Origin: Lama glama
Lineage: Eukaryota
Assembly (NCBI GenBank): GCA_028534125.1
Contig: CM052817.1
Location: forward strand, 106,270,001-106,334,000
Length of the DNA: 64,000 nucleotides
Reading direction: 5' to 3'
The notes under the pieces were generated by a model. It had not been told where the DNA came from and searched no databases. It saw nothing but the letters and a program-made list of their open reading frames with translations. Shown here in pieces: positions 12,776 to 26,329 of the stretch. Both the position numbers and the translations under genes were made by a program. Position 1 is the first letter of the stretch; each line of letters starts with the position of its first letter.

Positions 12776-13109
12776 CTCTCCTAGTTCTCTATCATTTTAT
12801 ATAAAGTGTATATTTCTACATACTTCACAGTTCAGCCTTTTAGTTTAAGATATCAGTGTGCATTGAATTAGAAAAGGCATGAACATCACCAAGAACTGGA
12901 TATAGTGACTTCTGTGGGAATAGGGCATGTATATAATGAGCACCCTAAAGTTCTTATGTGAAATAATTAATTAAAGGGGTGATTACAGGGAAAGAAAGAT
13001 CAAAATGCAGAGAGATGTGCTAAGCTGCAAATGAGGATTCCAGTAAAATGCCAACCTCTCCTTTGTACTGTGTATATTTATAAAAGAGAAGGCAGGGGAT
13101 ATCCATTTG

Positions 13110-13410
13110 AATGTCTTCAAGGAGCTTCCCCCAGAAGGAAATAAGACCCAAGATTTGAGTGCAGTATTTTTGGAGGTGATAATAGGAAGCACTTGTAGGA
13201 AAGACATTTAATAACATGTGTATTTTATGAGTAGTTTTCAATGAGCAGTTTTGGTGAGTGGATATGGATCTGTTAGTTCCTATCAGTTATTGGCTGAAAG
13301 GGGCCCCTGGGTCGTTAAATCCTTGGCAGTTTTAGCCTGCTACATGCGCGGACTCAGCCGGCTCTGACATCCACCCATAGGAATCTTTTCAGCAATAATG
13401 GCTAGATGTT
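13110..13410 (-). mobile_element. ERVL LTR (LTR16/LTR33-like)
   Basis: 'tgtcttcaaggagcttccccagaagg...aagatttgagtgcagtatttttggaggtgat' is the reverse complement of an LTR33/16-type 3' end. Confidence 0.6.
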
Positions 13411-13412
13411 TG

Positions 13413-13963
13413 TGTTACCCCAAAAGGTAAAGACCTCAGGTCTTGTCATACTCGAAAAATAAGGTTACAGTTGGAAGAAGCTGCATCATGCAGTGAAAGA
13501 TTCTAAAAGATTTATTTTAAAAAGGAAAACTACACCTCCAAGAACAGGAGGCAGGCTGATCCGAGGGAGGATGGCAATGGTCCTTTTCTCCTCTCTTGTA
13601 CCCTCGCTTAGAGGTGGTCTCTTGATTGATTGACAGCTCTTGCCCCTGGAGCGCTCAGTCATGTTTGGCCCCTTTTGTGTGTGCCCTTACCCATGATGCA
13701 CACAGGAAAACCCACTGTAGGGGGTTGGGGACTAAACCACAATCTTAATTATAATACAATGAGCACTGGATCATGTCTGTTTAAGTCCTTGTCGCTACCA
13801 CGCAGTCATGGCTGTCGGGTTCTAACCGGATTTGCGCTGGCACGCATTTAAAAGTCATAAAGTCCCTTTGTGCTGGAGGCGGGCATAATGCCATCTTCTG
13901 GACCCTCCTCCCTGTCCTCCACTTGTCTGCCTGGTGCCCCCACTTGTCTAACTGCCTAACTCT
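13413..13963 (-). mobile_element. Younger ERV1-type solo LTR
   Basis: Starts TGTTACC, reverse-strand AATAAA ('tttatt' near 13510), retains CpGs, ends 'ctaactgcctaactc'. Confidence 0.7.
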
Positions 13964-13964
13964 T

Positions 13965-14830
13965 GCAGTAATAAATAATTGGTTTGGCCTGTCTAAGGCC
14001 CCACGTGACAACGCGATATAGATGGAGGCACAGGATATCCCGTGTCCTGGTCTATTCCTTCCACAGCTTGGATCCATTAATTATGCTGACTTACTAATTC
14101 TCCACTGTGATGGCTGGTCAGAACTTCTGGAATAATCATTACAAATGCAGTGTTAAAAATTAAATGGCCACAACGCCATCATTAGCATTTATTGTCTCTT
14201 CCTTGTTCTTGAAATATATCTAACTCTACTTAACACAGATTCCTGTCCCTTCCATGGTGAAAAGGGTCAGTCTTAATAGTTTACCTGCAATCAGGTGGGT
14301 GGTCAGTCTCCTGGAGGGAGAATAACAGAGTGAGGATATAGGATTGGTGATTGCCGGTGACTTTAGCCCTGGCAGTAGCCAGACTGGTGAGAGGGAATTC
14401 ATGCTATTGGGCCCATTAGACCTTCCATCCCTGATGCCATGAAAACTCTGTCCATTGGACTATTAGGCAAGTACCACATATACATATATGGTGGTCGAGT
14501 ATCTCTTCTGCAGAAGATTCTGCTCTCAGGATGTGACACAAAAAAATCACGCACTTGTGCTGATTCCAACAGCACAACCCATTCATAAGCCTTTGTTCAA
14601 GACTTTGATGCCAACAACATTACTACCTTGCTTTCTGAAAAGCCAGATGAAGCAGGTAACACACTCACATCACTAAGGCATCTATCTACAACCTTAGCTC
14701 TAACCATTAGGTTTACTGCTCAAAAATCTGCACTGTTTTCCATAACCGTGTCTTTCAGTGTGGGACTGTCAGTGGCACGTCCCAATTTTGTCTTAGACTA
14801 AATGGAGATAACCCAGTTTTCAACTTTGCC
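13965..14830 (-). mobile_element. Degenerate ERVL pol (RNase H and integrase)
   Basis: Reverse complement resembles ERVL RNase H/IN (gggatggaaggtctaatgggcccaatagcatgaattccctctcacc, about RDGGYAWAQQHGLPLT). Confidence 0.6.
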
Positions 14831-17509
14831 TATTTTTTTTTCCTGGTTTTAAAAAACACAACTAATGATGCCATAGGTGTGAGCTGAGAGAGAGGTGTTG
14901 ATGTAACAGAGGCAGCTCTTTGGGTCTCAAGAATGCTGTCCACACCTACAGGTTTATTCACTTGTAATGTTTTGGCAGACCGTATATATTTATTTGCTGA
15001 TTGAATTAACAGTTTGCATTCAAGTTTGGCACCAACTTGACTAGATAATTCCTGTAAATTTTATAAGCTGTTTCATGATTAGTCACACTAGAATAGTTTT
15101 GAAAATACAGCATATTAAAAAAAAAAAGACAGCTAGAAATGAGAAGAATTTGTAGTTCACACACAAACATGCTATTGTACAATTTACTCATGTGTTCATT
15201 TTGGACATTACTGGGTGTAACTTTTTGCAGACTTGAAAATTTCAGATCTTTAACACACAGCTCTAATTAGAGACTTATTTTGATTCCTGAAATACTTTTC
15301 ATAACTCAGCAGAGGGCCATATTATAGCACCTAATGCCAATATACCCTAATTAAAATAGATACTTGGCCATATATAACCAATAAGTATTGAATAGTGAAC
15401 TCTAAGAACTTAAAAAATGCTGAAATTAGAGCTCTTAGATCAATGTAAACCCAATCATTCACTATGAAGTCAGTCTAATACATTTTAAAATAAACAAACA
15501 CTACAACTACTGTGCAATATAACAATTAAGAGAAAGATTTATAAACCCTTAATTTTAAAAGAGTTGATTTTTTATTTTAGCACTGATGTTATTTTAAATC
15601 AACTTTTGCAGACCCAAAGGTTTATAGACTTCTGAATCTTGAGAAGAGGAAAAGAGACAAATAAAAAAAAAATGAATCTGCTGAACTTGGGGGGAAAAGA
15701 AAAGGATTTGCTCCTTTTTGGTATTATGTGAAGTCTGAGACAGTTGGAATAATTAAGAAGGCTCCTTCAAATAAAAATTCAAAAAATATTTTTGAGTTAC
15801 CATATCTGACACTAATATAAAGCGATTCACCGCATAATGACAGAAAATTATACTAAAATCTAATGAAAACAAAGCCTTGTAAGATGAGAAATGCCTCCTT
15901 TCTGCAGAGAGTCCAGATGTTTTTTGGCAATATCTTGCACTTTTGTGAGAAGGGGTGGTGGGTGAAAGATGTTTCCTCATATAAATTAGGGAAGAATTCT
16001 TTTCGGCGATGTCACAACAGATGTGGATTGGAGTTTTGATGGTAGCTCCCAGCTGCACTGCTTCCTGACCCACCAGAAATCACACACATATGACATCTAT
16101 AGACACCATGGAGTAAAAAGAACTGGCAGAATGTCCCCCTATAGGTGTGATTAAGGAGAGCCCTCCCCCTTTCTTTTTCTTGGATGACATGGAGCCTCAT
16201 CTAAATTATGTGAATTTTTAGAGTAAACAAACATAAGTATAAAGATTTTGAGTGTTGTATGTAAATTCAAACCTTATTATATATTTTATAGATCAGGTTT
16301 CTTTCCAGTGATCCATGATTTTTTTTTCCTGCTACTCAACGAATGTAAAAAGCTGAACAGTATTTAACGTACTTGAGAGGTTATTTTTGAAATGACTGAT
16401 CTAAAACTTTGACTGTGTGACATATTAAAAATTCACTTTGGGATTCCTCAGTGCCTCTCCAAGGAAGGAGCAATCTAGACATCTAAAACTGAGACAGAAT
16501 GAAAACCTGCATAATCATGATGAGAAGAAACGCATTCAAAGTAAGATCCTGGGACAGAGAAAATGAAACACTGGCCTTGAAAATAAACCCCAGATTAAAA
16601 GTCACGAAGGAAAACATGGCAAGTCAATTTGCAACTTGCTTCACAGATGGGCAACTCTAGGAAATACACTCTATGATGAATGACTGCAGGGGTTATTTGA
16701 TGAAACAAAGGTTTAAAATTCACACTTCTTTTTTCACTAGCCACCCTAAACACATTTTAAACAAAGGCAGATACTTAAGAAAAGCAAGGCTAAGATATCC
16801 AAAACTTAAAGAGGAAAGTAAGAGGGGAAAAAAAAAAACTGGCTTAACTGCATTGTTTATGCTTAAACATGAAGGCATATCTTCCAAGAAGTTGCTGTCA
16901 AAAAAATTGAGCTAAAGTCAATTAATACCAAAATATTTGGACCTAAGAACACATTTATAACACAGAACACTACTAGGGGCCCATACATAGAATGTACATC
17001 TGGATTAATGTAGGCAAAACAATAAAAAACTCATATGGATAAGTTCTTTTTTTCACAAAATTATCAAGATTTTGATTCATATATAATTATTCTACTTTGC
17101 ACCCCTAATATATATAAAATAATAAAATAGATTTTGAAATGAGAGTTAAATACAAGATGCAAATAACCATTCACATTTTATCTTATGCTTTATAGAATGG
17201 CAAATGCTCACATCTACTATTTTTATTTTTTATTGAAGTATAGTCAGTTTACAATGTTGTGTCCACTTACATCTATTAATATAGAATTTTTGTGTTTTCT
17301 TTTACCTGCACAATATTCAGAAGACTTGTTCAGAAAGATATTTATTACCATGTTTCATCAAATGTATTTCTATGTTTTGCCTTATTTGAAACATAGTAAT
17401 GAAAAAATATTTCTACAACTAATTTTATAATATTTAAAAAATATTAAACTAAACTTATAAAGAACCATTTTGTCAGATATTTGAAAACTACTTCATCCTC
17501 TTTGAAATA

Positions 17510-20500
17510 TTAATAGGCTATTTGATGAACAGTTTTAGGTTTACAGAAAAACTGAGCAGATAGTACAGACATCAGATACAACCCTGTTCATGCTTTTCTC
17601 CTAGTTTTGATATCTTGCATTAGTGTGCTACATTTGTTTCAATTTATAAACAAATGCAGGCACATTATTATTAACCGAAGTTCACAGTTTACACTAAGGT
17701 TTGCTCTTTGTGTTGGACAGTTTCATGGATATTGACAAATGCCTAATGTCATGTATCTTTACAGATCATTACAATATCTTCCACTATAGCTTCACCACCT
17801 TAAAAATCCCTTGCACTCCATCTACTCACTCCACTCTCCCCCATTCCCTCTGGAAACCACTCATTTTTTTAAATGTCTGTATCTTTTTACCTTTTCCAGC
17901 ATGTCATAAACTGGAAATATACAGTATATAGTATAGCCTTTTGCAACTGGTTCCTTAGCAGTGTGCATTTAAGTTTCCTCCATATCATTTCATAACTTGA
18001 TAGCTCAGTCCTTTTTTTGCTTAATAACATCCCATTGTATGAATGTACCAAAGTTTGTTCGTGCATTCACCTATTGAGAGGCATCTTGATTGCTCCCAAT
18101 GTTTGGCGATTATGAATAAAACTGCTATAAACATTAACGTGCAAAATTGTGTTTGGACCCAAGGCTTTAACTCACTTGAGTATTGCTGGATTGTATGCTA
18201 AGACTATGTTCACCTTGGTCAAAACTGCCTAACTGTCTTCCAAAGTGGCTGCATCATTTTGCTTTCCCACCAGGAATGAATGAGAGTTCCTGTTCTACAC
18301 CCTTTTCTGTATTTGCTCTTGTCAGTGTTTCCGGTCAAGGCCGTTCTAATGGATGTGTAGTAGTCTTTCAATGTTATCTTAATTTGCACTTGCAGTTCTT
18401 TAATACCATATGATGTTGAGCACTTTTGACATGCTTATTGGCCATCTTTTCTTTTCTTTTCTTTTTTAGTGAGCTGTCTATTCAGAATTTTTTCCATTTT
18501 TAATTTCTTTGTTTTTGTGTGTTGAGTTTAAAGGGTTTTTTGTATATTTTGAATACAAGTGCTTTACCAGATACATGTTTTACAACTTTTTCTCCCAGAT
18601 AATGGCATGTCTTTCATTGTCTTAAAAGTGCCTTGTTCAGCTCAGAAGTCTAACTTATTTATTCCTACATAGGTGGGGCTTTTGGCGTTATATCTAAATA
18701 TTTGTTGCCAAACCTAAGGTCATCTAGGTTTCCTCCTATGATATCTTCTAGAATGTTTAAGTTTTTCAGTTCACATCCAGGTCTACAATATACTTTGAGT
18801 TAATTTTTGTGAAAAGTGTAAGGTCTATGTCTGTTTTTGCTATTTTTTCATGTGAATGTCCAGCTTTCCCAGCACAACTTGTTAAAAAGACTGTTATTTC
18901 TCCATTGAATCACCTTTATTCCTTTACCAAACATCAGTTGACTCTATTTCTTGGCTCTATATTGTGTTCCACTGATCTATTTGTCTACTATTACATCAGT
19001 ACTACACAGTCTTGATTACTGTAGCTTTATAATAAACCATGAAGAATAGTAGTATTAATTCTCCAGATGTGTTTTTTCTTTTTCAGTCTTGTATTGGCTA
19101 TTCCCAGTCTTTCACCTTTACATACAAACTTCACTAGAAATTTTAACTGGGATTGAATTGAATTTATACATAAACTTGGGAAAAACTGACATCATAAAAT
19201 ATTGTCTTCCTTGATGAAATATTTTTTAATTTATTTCTTATTTCTTTAGTTTTTTTTTTTCATCAAAGTTTCATACTTTTCTTCACGTAGATCTTGTGTA
19301 TATTTGGTTGGATATCTACCTAAGTACGTCCCACTTGTTGGTGCTAATGAAAGTGGTATTGTGTTTTATATTTCAAATCCAAATAGTTTATTGCTTCTAT
19401 AGAGGAAACCAAATGACTTTCGTATGTTAATCTTGTATTTTCCGAACTTACTCTAATTGTATAACAGTTTGTTTTTTTAGTCAATTCTTTGGTATTTTCT
19501 TCATAGGCAATTGTGTCATCTGCCAACAAAGACAGTTTTATTTCTCTCTTCCAATCACTACACCTTCAGTTTCCTTTTCTTATCATATTGCGCTTGCTAG
19601 AACTTCCAGTATCATGCTGTCTTTTTCTCAATTTTAGGGTGAAAGCATCTACTTTCTAACTCTCAAGCATGATGGGAGCTAAAAGTTAATTTGTAGCTGT
19701 TCTCTGTCGAGATGAGGAAGCTTTTCTCTATTCCTAGTTTGGTAAGAGTTTTTTTTTTTTTTTAGTTATGAATGGATGTTGGATTTTGCTAAATGCTTTT
19801 TTTGCATCTGATGTTTTAATCATGTGTTTTTTTCCCTCCTTTAAACTTTTCCTGCAATGAAATGTATTAATTCATTTTGAATGTTGAATCAGCCTTCTAT
19901 ATCTTGAATAAATTCTATTTGGTACTGATACATAGTTATTTTTATACATTGTTAGATTCTATACATTAGTATTTTGTTGATTATCTCTGCACCCATGTTT
20001 ATGAGATGTATCAGTCTATAGTTTTTTTTTTGTTTTTTTTTTCTTGTCATGTCTTTTTCTAGTTTTGGTATGAAGATAATTCTCACTTCATGGACTGAGT
20101 GAGGGAGTATTCCATCTATTTTCTATTTCTAAACAAGGCTGTAGAGAATTGATGTTATTTCTTCCTTAATTTTTATTTATTTATTCTTTAATTTTAGAAT
20201 TCAACAGTGTTGAATTCATCTGGGTCTGGTAATTTCATTTTGGAAGGTTATGAATTATTGATTTAATTTTCAACAGATATAAGCCTATTCTAATTATCTG
20301 TTTCTCTTTGTGTGAGTTTTAGAAAGTGTGTCTTTAAAGAAAGTGGTTCATTAAATCTAAGCTATCAAGTTTGTGAGTATAGAATTGTTCGTAATATTTC
20401 ATTAGCTTTTTAATGTCCATGAGAAAAGTGATGATTGCCTCTTTTTATTTCTGATATTAGTTTTTTTCTTTTATTTTTTTCTTTCCATTTACTTACCTGA

Positions 20501-23340
20501 TATTAATGATTTGAGTCTTCTCTTTTTTTCTCAGTTAGCTTAGTGAGAGATTAATCAGTTCAATTGATTGTTTCAAACACCAGCTTTTTGTTCCATTGAT
20601 TTTTCTCCATTGCTTACCTTTTTCAATTTTATTAGTTTCCACTGTAATATTTATTATTTATTTTCTTCTTTTGCTTTAAATTTATATTGCTTTTCTTCCT
20701 CTAACTTCTTAAGTAGATTCCTAAATTATTTATTTTAGATTTTCTTCTTTTGTAAAATATGTGTTTCATGCTATAAATTTCCCTGTCAGGCACTGCTGTC
20801 ACTACATCCCACAAATTTTGACAATTGTATTCTCATCTTCATTTGGTGCAAAATGTACATTTAAATTTTTTCTCAAGACTTCTTTGATTCAAATGTTATT
20901 TAGAAGTGTCTTGCTAAATTTCCAAATATTTGCAGTTTTTCAGCCATCTTTCTGTTTTGATTTCTAGTTAAATTCCACTGGAGTCTGAGAGCACACCCTG
21001 TAGGATTTCTATTCTTTTGCATTTTATGTTCCAGAATGTGATCTATCATAATGAGTGCTCTGTGTGATCTTGGGAAAAATGGAAATTCTCCTGTTGTTGG
21101 ATATTCTATAGCTGTCAATTAGATACAATTGATTGATGGTGCCGTCCAGTCCAACTATTTCCCTTCCAGTTTTTTGCCTGCTGAATCTGTCAACTACTGA
21201 AAAAGGGGTGCGTAAGTCTCCAGTTATGGATATTTGCTTATTTATCCTTGATATTCTATAGCTTTGGCTCATGTACTTTGATTCTCTGTTGTTAGGTGGA
21301 TAGACTTTAAGGATTGTTATGTCTCCTTGAAGAACTGACTCCTTTGTTATTACATGACATTCCTCTCTATATTTGATAATTTCCCTTGTTCTGAAGTCTG
21401 CCTTATCTGAAATTAATACAGCTACCCCATTATTCCTTTGATTACTGTTAACATGGAATATCACTTTTAACCTATTTGTGTCTTCATATTTAAGTTGTTT
21501 TTTAATAAATGACATGTAGTTGGGCCTTACTTTTTACCACTCTCTGTTTCTAATTGATGTTTATAGATCATTTACATTTCAAGTCTTTATTGATACAGTT
21601 GGAGTCATAGTGATCTTATTTGTTACTATTTATTGCCTTCGTTCTTTGTTTTCTTTTTCAGTCTTTTTGTTTGCTGTTTCTTTTTCTCCATTGGTTTTAA
21701 TTGAGCAACCTTACTTACTCAGTTTTCTCTCCTCTCCTAGCGCATCAGTTACACTTCTTTTTTTCAATGACTTTTGTGTTTGAAATATACATTTACAAGT
21801 AATCTAAGTCCACTTTCAGACAGTGTACTACTTCATAAGTGTTGCAGGTATCCTATAACTGAGTATTCTCCCTTCTCCCTACCACCCTTATAACATCGCT
21901 GCCAGTTCACTGATCCACATACTATAATCACAATACACTGTTGCTAGATTACTTTGAATAATTATTGATCAGATCATTTAGAAATACATCAAGTAAAAGA
22001 TTTTATTTAACTTTTTGTATTCCTTCTGTAATGCCCTTTCTTTCTTTATGTAGGTCTGAATTTCTCACCTATATTATTTTTTCTTCTCTCTGAAGAACTT
22101 TTTTTTTTTTTTAACATTTTGCAAGGCAGATCTACTGGTGACAAATTCCCTCAATGTTTGTTTCTCTCAGAAAGTTGTTATTTCTCCTCACTTTTGAAGG
22201 AAAATTTTGATGAATTCCGAGTTCTACTTTGGTGGATTTTTTTTTCTTTTAAAATATTAAACATTTTATTCCATTCTTTCTTGTTTACATAGTCTATGAA
22301 AAGTCCTGTTATTCCTTTCTTGTACTTGTATAAATAATAATAATGCTAACCTCCACCCTTCAGCTTATTTCCAGATTTTTCTCTGCCTCTGTTTTTCTGC
22401 ATTTTAAATGTGATGTATGATATACCACGTTTATTCATATGACAAATATGGTATTTATCCTGCTTCGTGCTCTCTGAGCTTCCTGGATCTGTTTTTAGCG
22501 TCTGCCATTAATTGTGGAAAAAATTTTGGCCATTATTACTTCATTTATTTCTTCTGCTTATTTCTCTCTCTCCTTTCCTAGTACTCCTGCTACACACGTT
22601 ACACCTTTTGTAGTTGTTCCACAGCTGTGCGAAAGCTTTTAAGTTTAATTAGGTCCCAACCATTTATTTTTGCTTTTATTGCCATTCCTCTAGGAGCAGG
22701 TTCTATAATCTTTAATGAACTCTCTGGGATTTTTGTTCTCTCTCTCTTCTCTCTCTCTCTTTTTTCTTTTTCTTTTTCTTTTCCCCCAGGCCAGAGTCCC
22801 TGGGCTGTGTTTTTCAGATTTTCTTAGATCTTAGAAAATATATTATTTTTTTTAATATTTTAGGAAAACAATCTCTTTTCTCCCCCACCTCCAATTTAGG
22901 TGAGGCCGAAAGGCTAGAGGAAGCTGGAGTTGTTAATTGCCCTTGAGGGACAGCCTTTGTTATGGAGAACACGGTGATAACAGAACTCTGCAGTTGTTTT
23001 TCAGGATTGCTACTTTTACCCTCCCTCCGCTGGAGGCGTGATAAGATTTTCTTAAATCCTCACAGTGTAAATCTGGTCAATTTCTTGGAAGTAAAACTCA
23101 AGAAAGTGTGGGTCTTGCTTCAGAACTGGGCTGTGAGTTTTTCCTCTCACGCTGGTTCCCACTCAGCCTCCAGCAGATCATCAGTCACAATTTAAAAGTT
23201 CTTAAGTGACTGCTGCAGAGGATTCTTCTCCTGGGAAGCTGTGATTCTCTGTACTCACCTGTATCTCCAGTTTTAGAGGCAGGAGTTTGCCCTGTGACCT
23301 TAGCTTTCTGGTGGGTCTAAGAAGATTTGTTGATTTTTGC
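17510..23340 (-). mobile_element. Long, old L1 (L1MC/L1MD-like): 3'UTR, ORF2, ORF1 and 5' region, degenerate
   Basis: ORF 21024-21515(-) is L1 endonuclease-like (GVAVLISDKADF...DITILKVYPPNN...ITGDLRTPFS); ORF 19344-19529(-) carries the RT-like LADDTIAYEEN; 3' end 'cagttttaggtttacagaaaaactgagcaga'. Confidence 0.9.
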
Positions 23341-23714
23341 TCCCAGGTCAGCAAGAGAACTTGGAGGCCACCTCATTCTTTTCGTTGAAAATAAATCATG
23401 TAGTTTTTTTTTTTAATCTTCATTTAAAATGTTCTGATGTATTACTTATTTGCTTCAGGTGCAATTTGAGAACAAAATCATTAAGATTGTATTTAAAACT
23501 TTCTTTTTCCTACTAAGACTACTGGGCAAAGTACATTGAATATAATTTTATTATCTATTATTGAATGAATTATGGAATGTCTCCCCAAATATAAAGAATA
23601 TGAGACAAGATGAGTAACACAGAAAAATGATTACCAAAAAAAAAACCCTAATGTTTGAATCTGAATATTGGTAAAATATTTTTATGTTACACAGTACAGT
23701 TTTAAAAGTTTTTT

Positions 23715-23856
23715 TTAAAATTTTTATCTTATTTTCTTATTTTGGGAGGGAGGTAATTTGGTTTATTTATTTATCTTCAGTGGCAGTACTGGGGATTGAA
23801 CCCACCACCTTGTTCTTGCTAAACACATGCTCTACCACTGAGCTATACCCTCCCCC
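23715..23856 (-). mobile_element. tRNA-derived SINE, camelid Vic-1 type
   Basis: Reverse complement reads gggggagggtatagctcagtggtagagcatgtgtttagc...ggttcaatccccagtact (Pol III A and B boxes) with an A-rich tail; TSD taaaagtttttt / taaaagcttttt. Confidence 0.85.
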
Positions 23857-25509
23857 TAAAAGCTTTTTATATGTCAACATTTACTGAGTTCAATACTCAA
23901 ATTTTTAAAGTTTTATTTTCTATTTGAATACAATATTTTTCCGGTAATTTTTTAATGAGTGTTACTTCATATATATAGGAGAGTATTCACAATGCTGTAT
24001 TCTTACATTGTTCCAAATGACTTTTCAGCTGATTTTCTTGGACTTTGCAGCTATAAGTAGTCAGATCTGATCATCTCCTCTGAAAAACACATTTTTCTTC
24101 ATTTAATAATATAAAATATGTATGTATTTACACTACCTATTGAGCCAATGCACACACATGTGCACTGATTTTTGATGAGCTGTGTTTGCTAGTGTGTCCA
24201 GAATAATAATAGTGGCCATCCCTACTTCGTTTGACTTTAGTGAGGTTTCTAGAGTTTCAGCACTAAAGGTAGCATTTGCCCTTGACTCACTGCCTCTTCT
24301 GTACATCTCTCTCCCACTGTCCATCTACATCATCCCACTAGTTTTCATGTTAAGAAAGAATCCATCTATTTTCATCAGAATGAAATTTAAGAATTTGCCA
24401 TTTTTCAGATGCTTTCAGGTTGTAATAGAAACATATTTTTCATCAAAACTTATGAAATCAGAAGAATAAGTATAAATGTAATTGAATAAAGTTAGCATTA
24501 ATTGTAAAATAGTGATGTATTTCACTTAAATATAAAAATTAATTGCTCACACTCTTTTTTTTTTTAAGAAATTATTTTCTTTAGCTATTCAGAAAAGCTA
24601 AGGATCAAAGTACTTATAAACCATGGAGGAAAAAAATTAGACAGTCTGCATGCTGTCTAATGAGACTGAGACAAACAATGAATTCTAAAACTGAATGTTA
24701 TCAGTTATAAGTGGCAGAGTTCTTGTATTCTCCTCTCATTCACTGTAAAAGAATGGTATTTCCTCCAAATTATTTTATTACTGAGACTATCTTTAGTTAT
24801 CTGAAGTCTAGACTTTAACATTGAGGTTTATATTAAAGACTTCCACTGTTTTGTTTGAGGAAGTTTTCAGGAGTCATACTTTTGGGGATAGGAATGGTAG
24901 GAAAGATGTTATTTAATAAAATATGGTACCTCCTATTGGTACCACTCAATTTGTAAATGAAATCACTTTTCCATTTTTTTCTTTTTGTTTCCTTTTCATT
25001 ATTCTAAAGAGAAGCTAAAATAACTCTACAGCATTTTATTGTATATATTGAGTTGGCTGCAATATTGTGATTTCTCCCCCTCTTTGTCAAAAGCTTAAAA
25101 ACAAAGCAATAAACATGCTTTTGACAGTTTCTGAACCTAAAAATATATGCACTTGGTTTATATTGTATACAGGAAAGGTAAAAAGGACTCAGAACTCAGA
25201 ATTTGGCCCAATTTGTGTTTCTATCTACATATTCTTTGTAAGTTATCTCATACAATTACAAAGCTTGAATTACTTTTGTAAACTGATGATCCTAAAATAT
25301 CAAATCTGCATTCTAGAATTACACATTCACTTGCTCATTTGTCATCTCAGCATGGTTAGTTAAGGACAATCTAACACTTATTTTGGCCAAAACAAATTGC
25401 TAACCACTGCCCAGTCACCAGCAGTGGTACAAGGCTCTTTCATCAGCATTACTTCATTATCCAATTGCTACTCAGCTCAAAACCTCAAGAATTATTCTCA
25501 ACTCGGATC

Positions 25510-25875
25510 TCTAAGTACTTGCTCCTCAAACCATGGTCCTAGACCATCATCACCTGGGAACTTGTCTGAGATGCAGTATTAGGTGCCTCAATTCAAACCT
25601 ATAAATTTAGATTTGATAACCTTTAATGAAAATACATGAAAATGAGTATATGTATGTACATGCATGACTGGGACATTGTGCTGTACACCAGAAATGGACA
25701 CATTGTAACTGACTATACTTCAATTAAAAAATAAAGAATACTTACATGCTAAATATTAAGCTAAATATTAATTTAAATATTTTAAATAATAAAATAATAA
25801 AAGTCTATAAAAAAGATTCTGGATTTTAACAGGATCTTCAGATGATTCATATAATTAAAGTTTGAGAAACTGCCA
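25510..25875. mobile_element. MER5A-like hAT-Charlie fragment split by a young L1 tail
   Basis: 'atcacctgggaacttgtctgagatgcag' on the left and 'ttttaacaggatcttcagatgattc...aagtttgagaaact' on the right. Confidence 0.6.
25612..25740 (+). mobile_element. Young L1 3' tail
   Basis: 'tgtacaccagaaatggacacattgtaactgactatacttcaattaaaaaa'; near-identical tails at about 39850 and 63860. Confidence 0.85.
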
Positions 25876-26329
25876 CAAATCACCCCTATGTCTGATCCAT
25901 CAGTCATTATTATTACCTCTCCATCTAAAACAAATGCGGAAGAGAATACCTTTTTATCATCGCCATTGTTACCATTATAATTCCTCATCACTTCCTCCCA
26001 CTCCCACTCTGCCCCCTAGGGTCCACTCCCCACAGCAGCTGGAGTGTTCCTTTAACACATCAGACCCTGTTTGTCCCAATCTCACTACTGCATTTGAAGC
26101 TCCTGAGCCTGTCTAGAATGTTCTGTATGGTCCGTCCCTATCTGCCTTTTGCCTTTATTGCCGATGACTCTAATCTCATTGACTCATTTATTTTGTTCAG
26201 CTGTAAGAGCTCATTCTGGACACATCACCATTGAGACACCTCAATCAAGGGCTCTGACTTTACCAGGACCCAGGAACACACTAGAAGCCCTTTTTAAAAA
26301 GGCATATAATCCATTGTGCCGAAGACACG

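Noticed and set aside
23780..23856. tRNA-like sequence on the minus strand
   Set aside because: It has an A-rich tail and a TSD, so it is a SINE head and not a tRNA gene.
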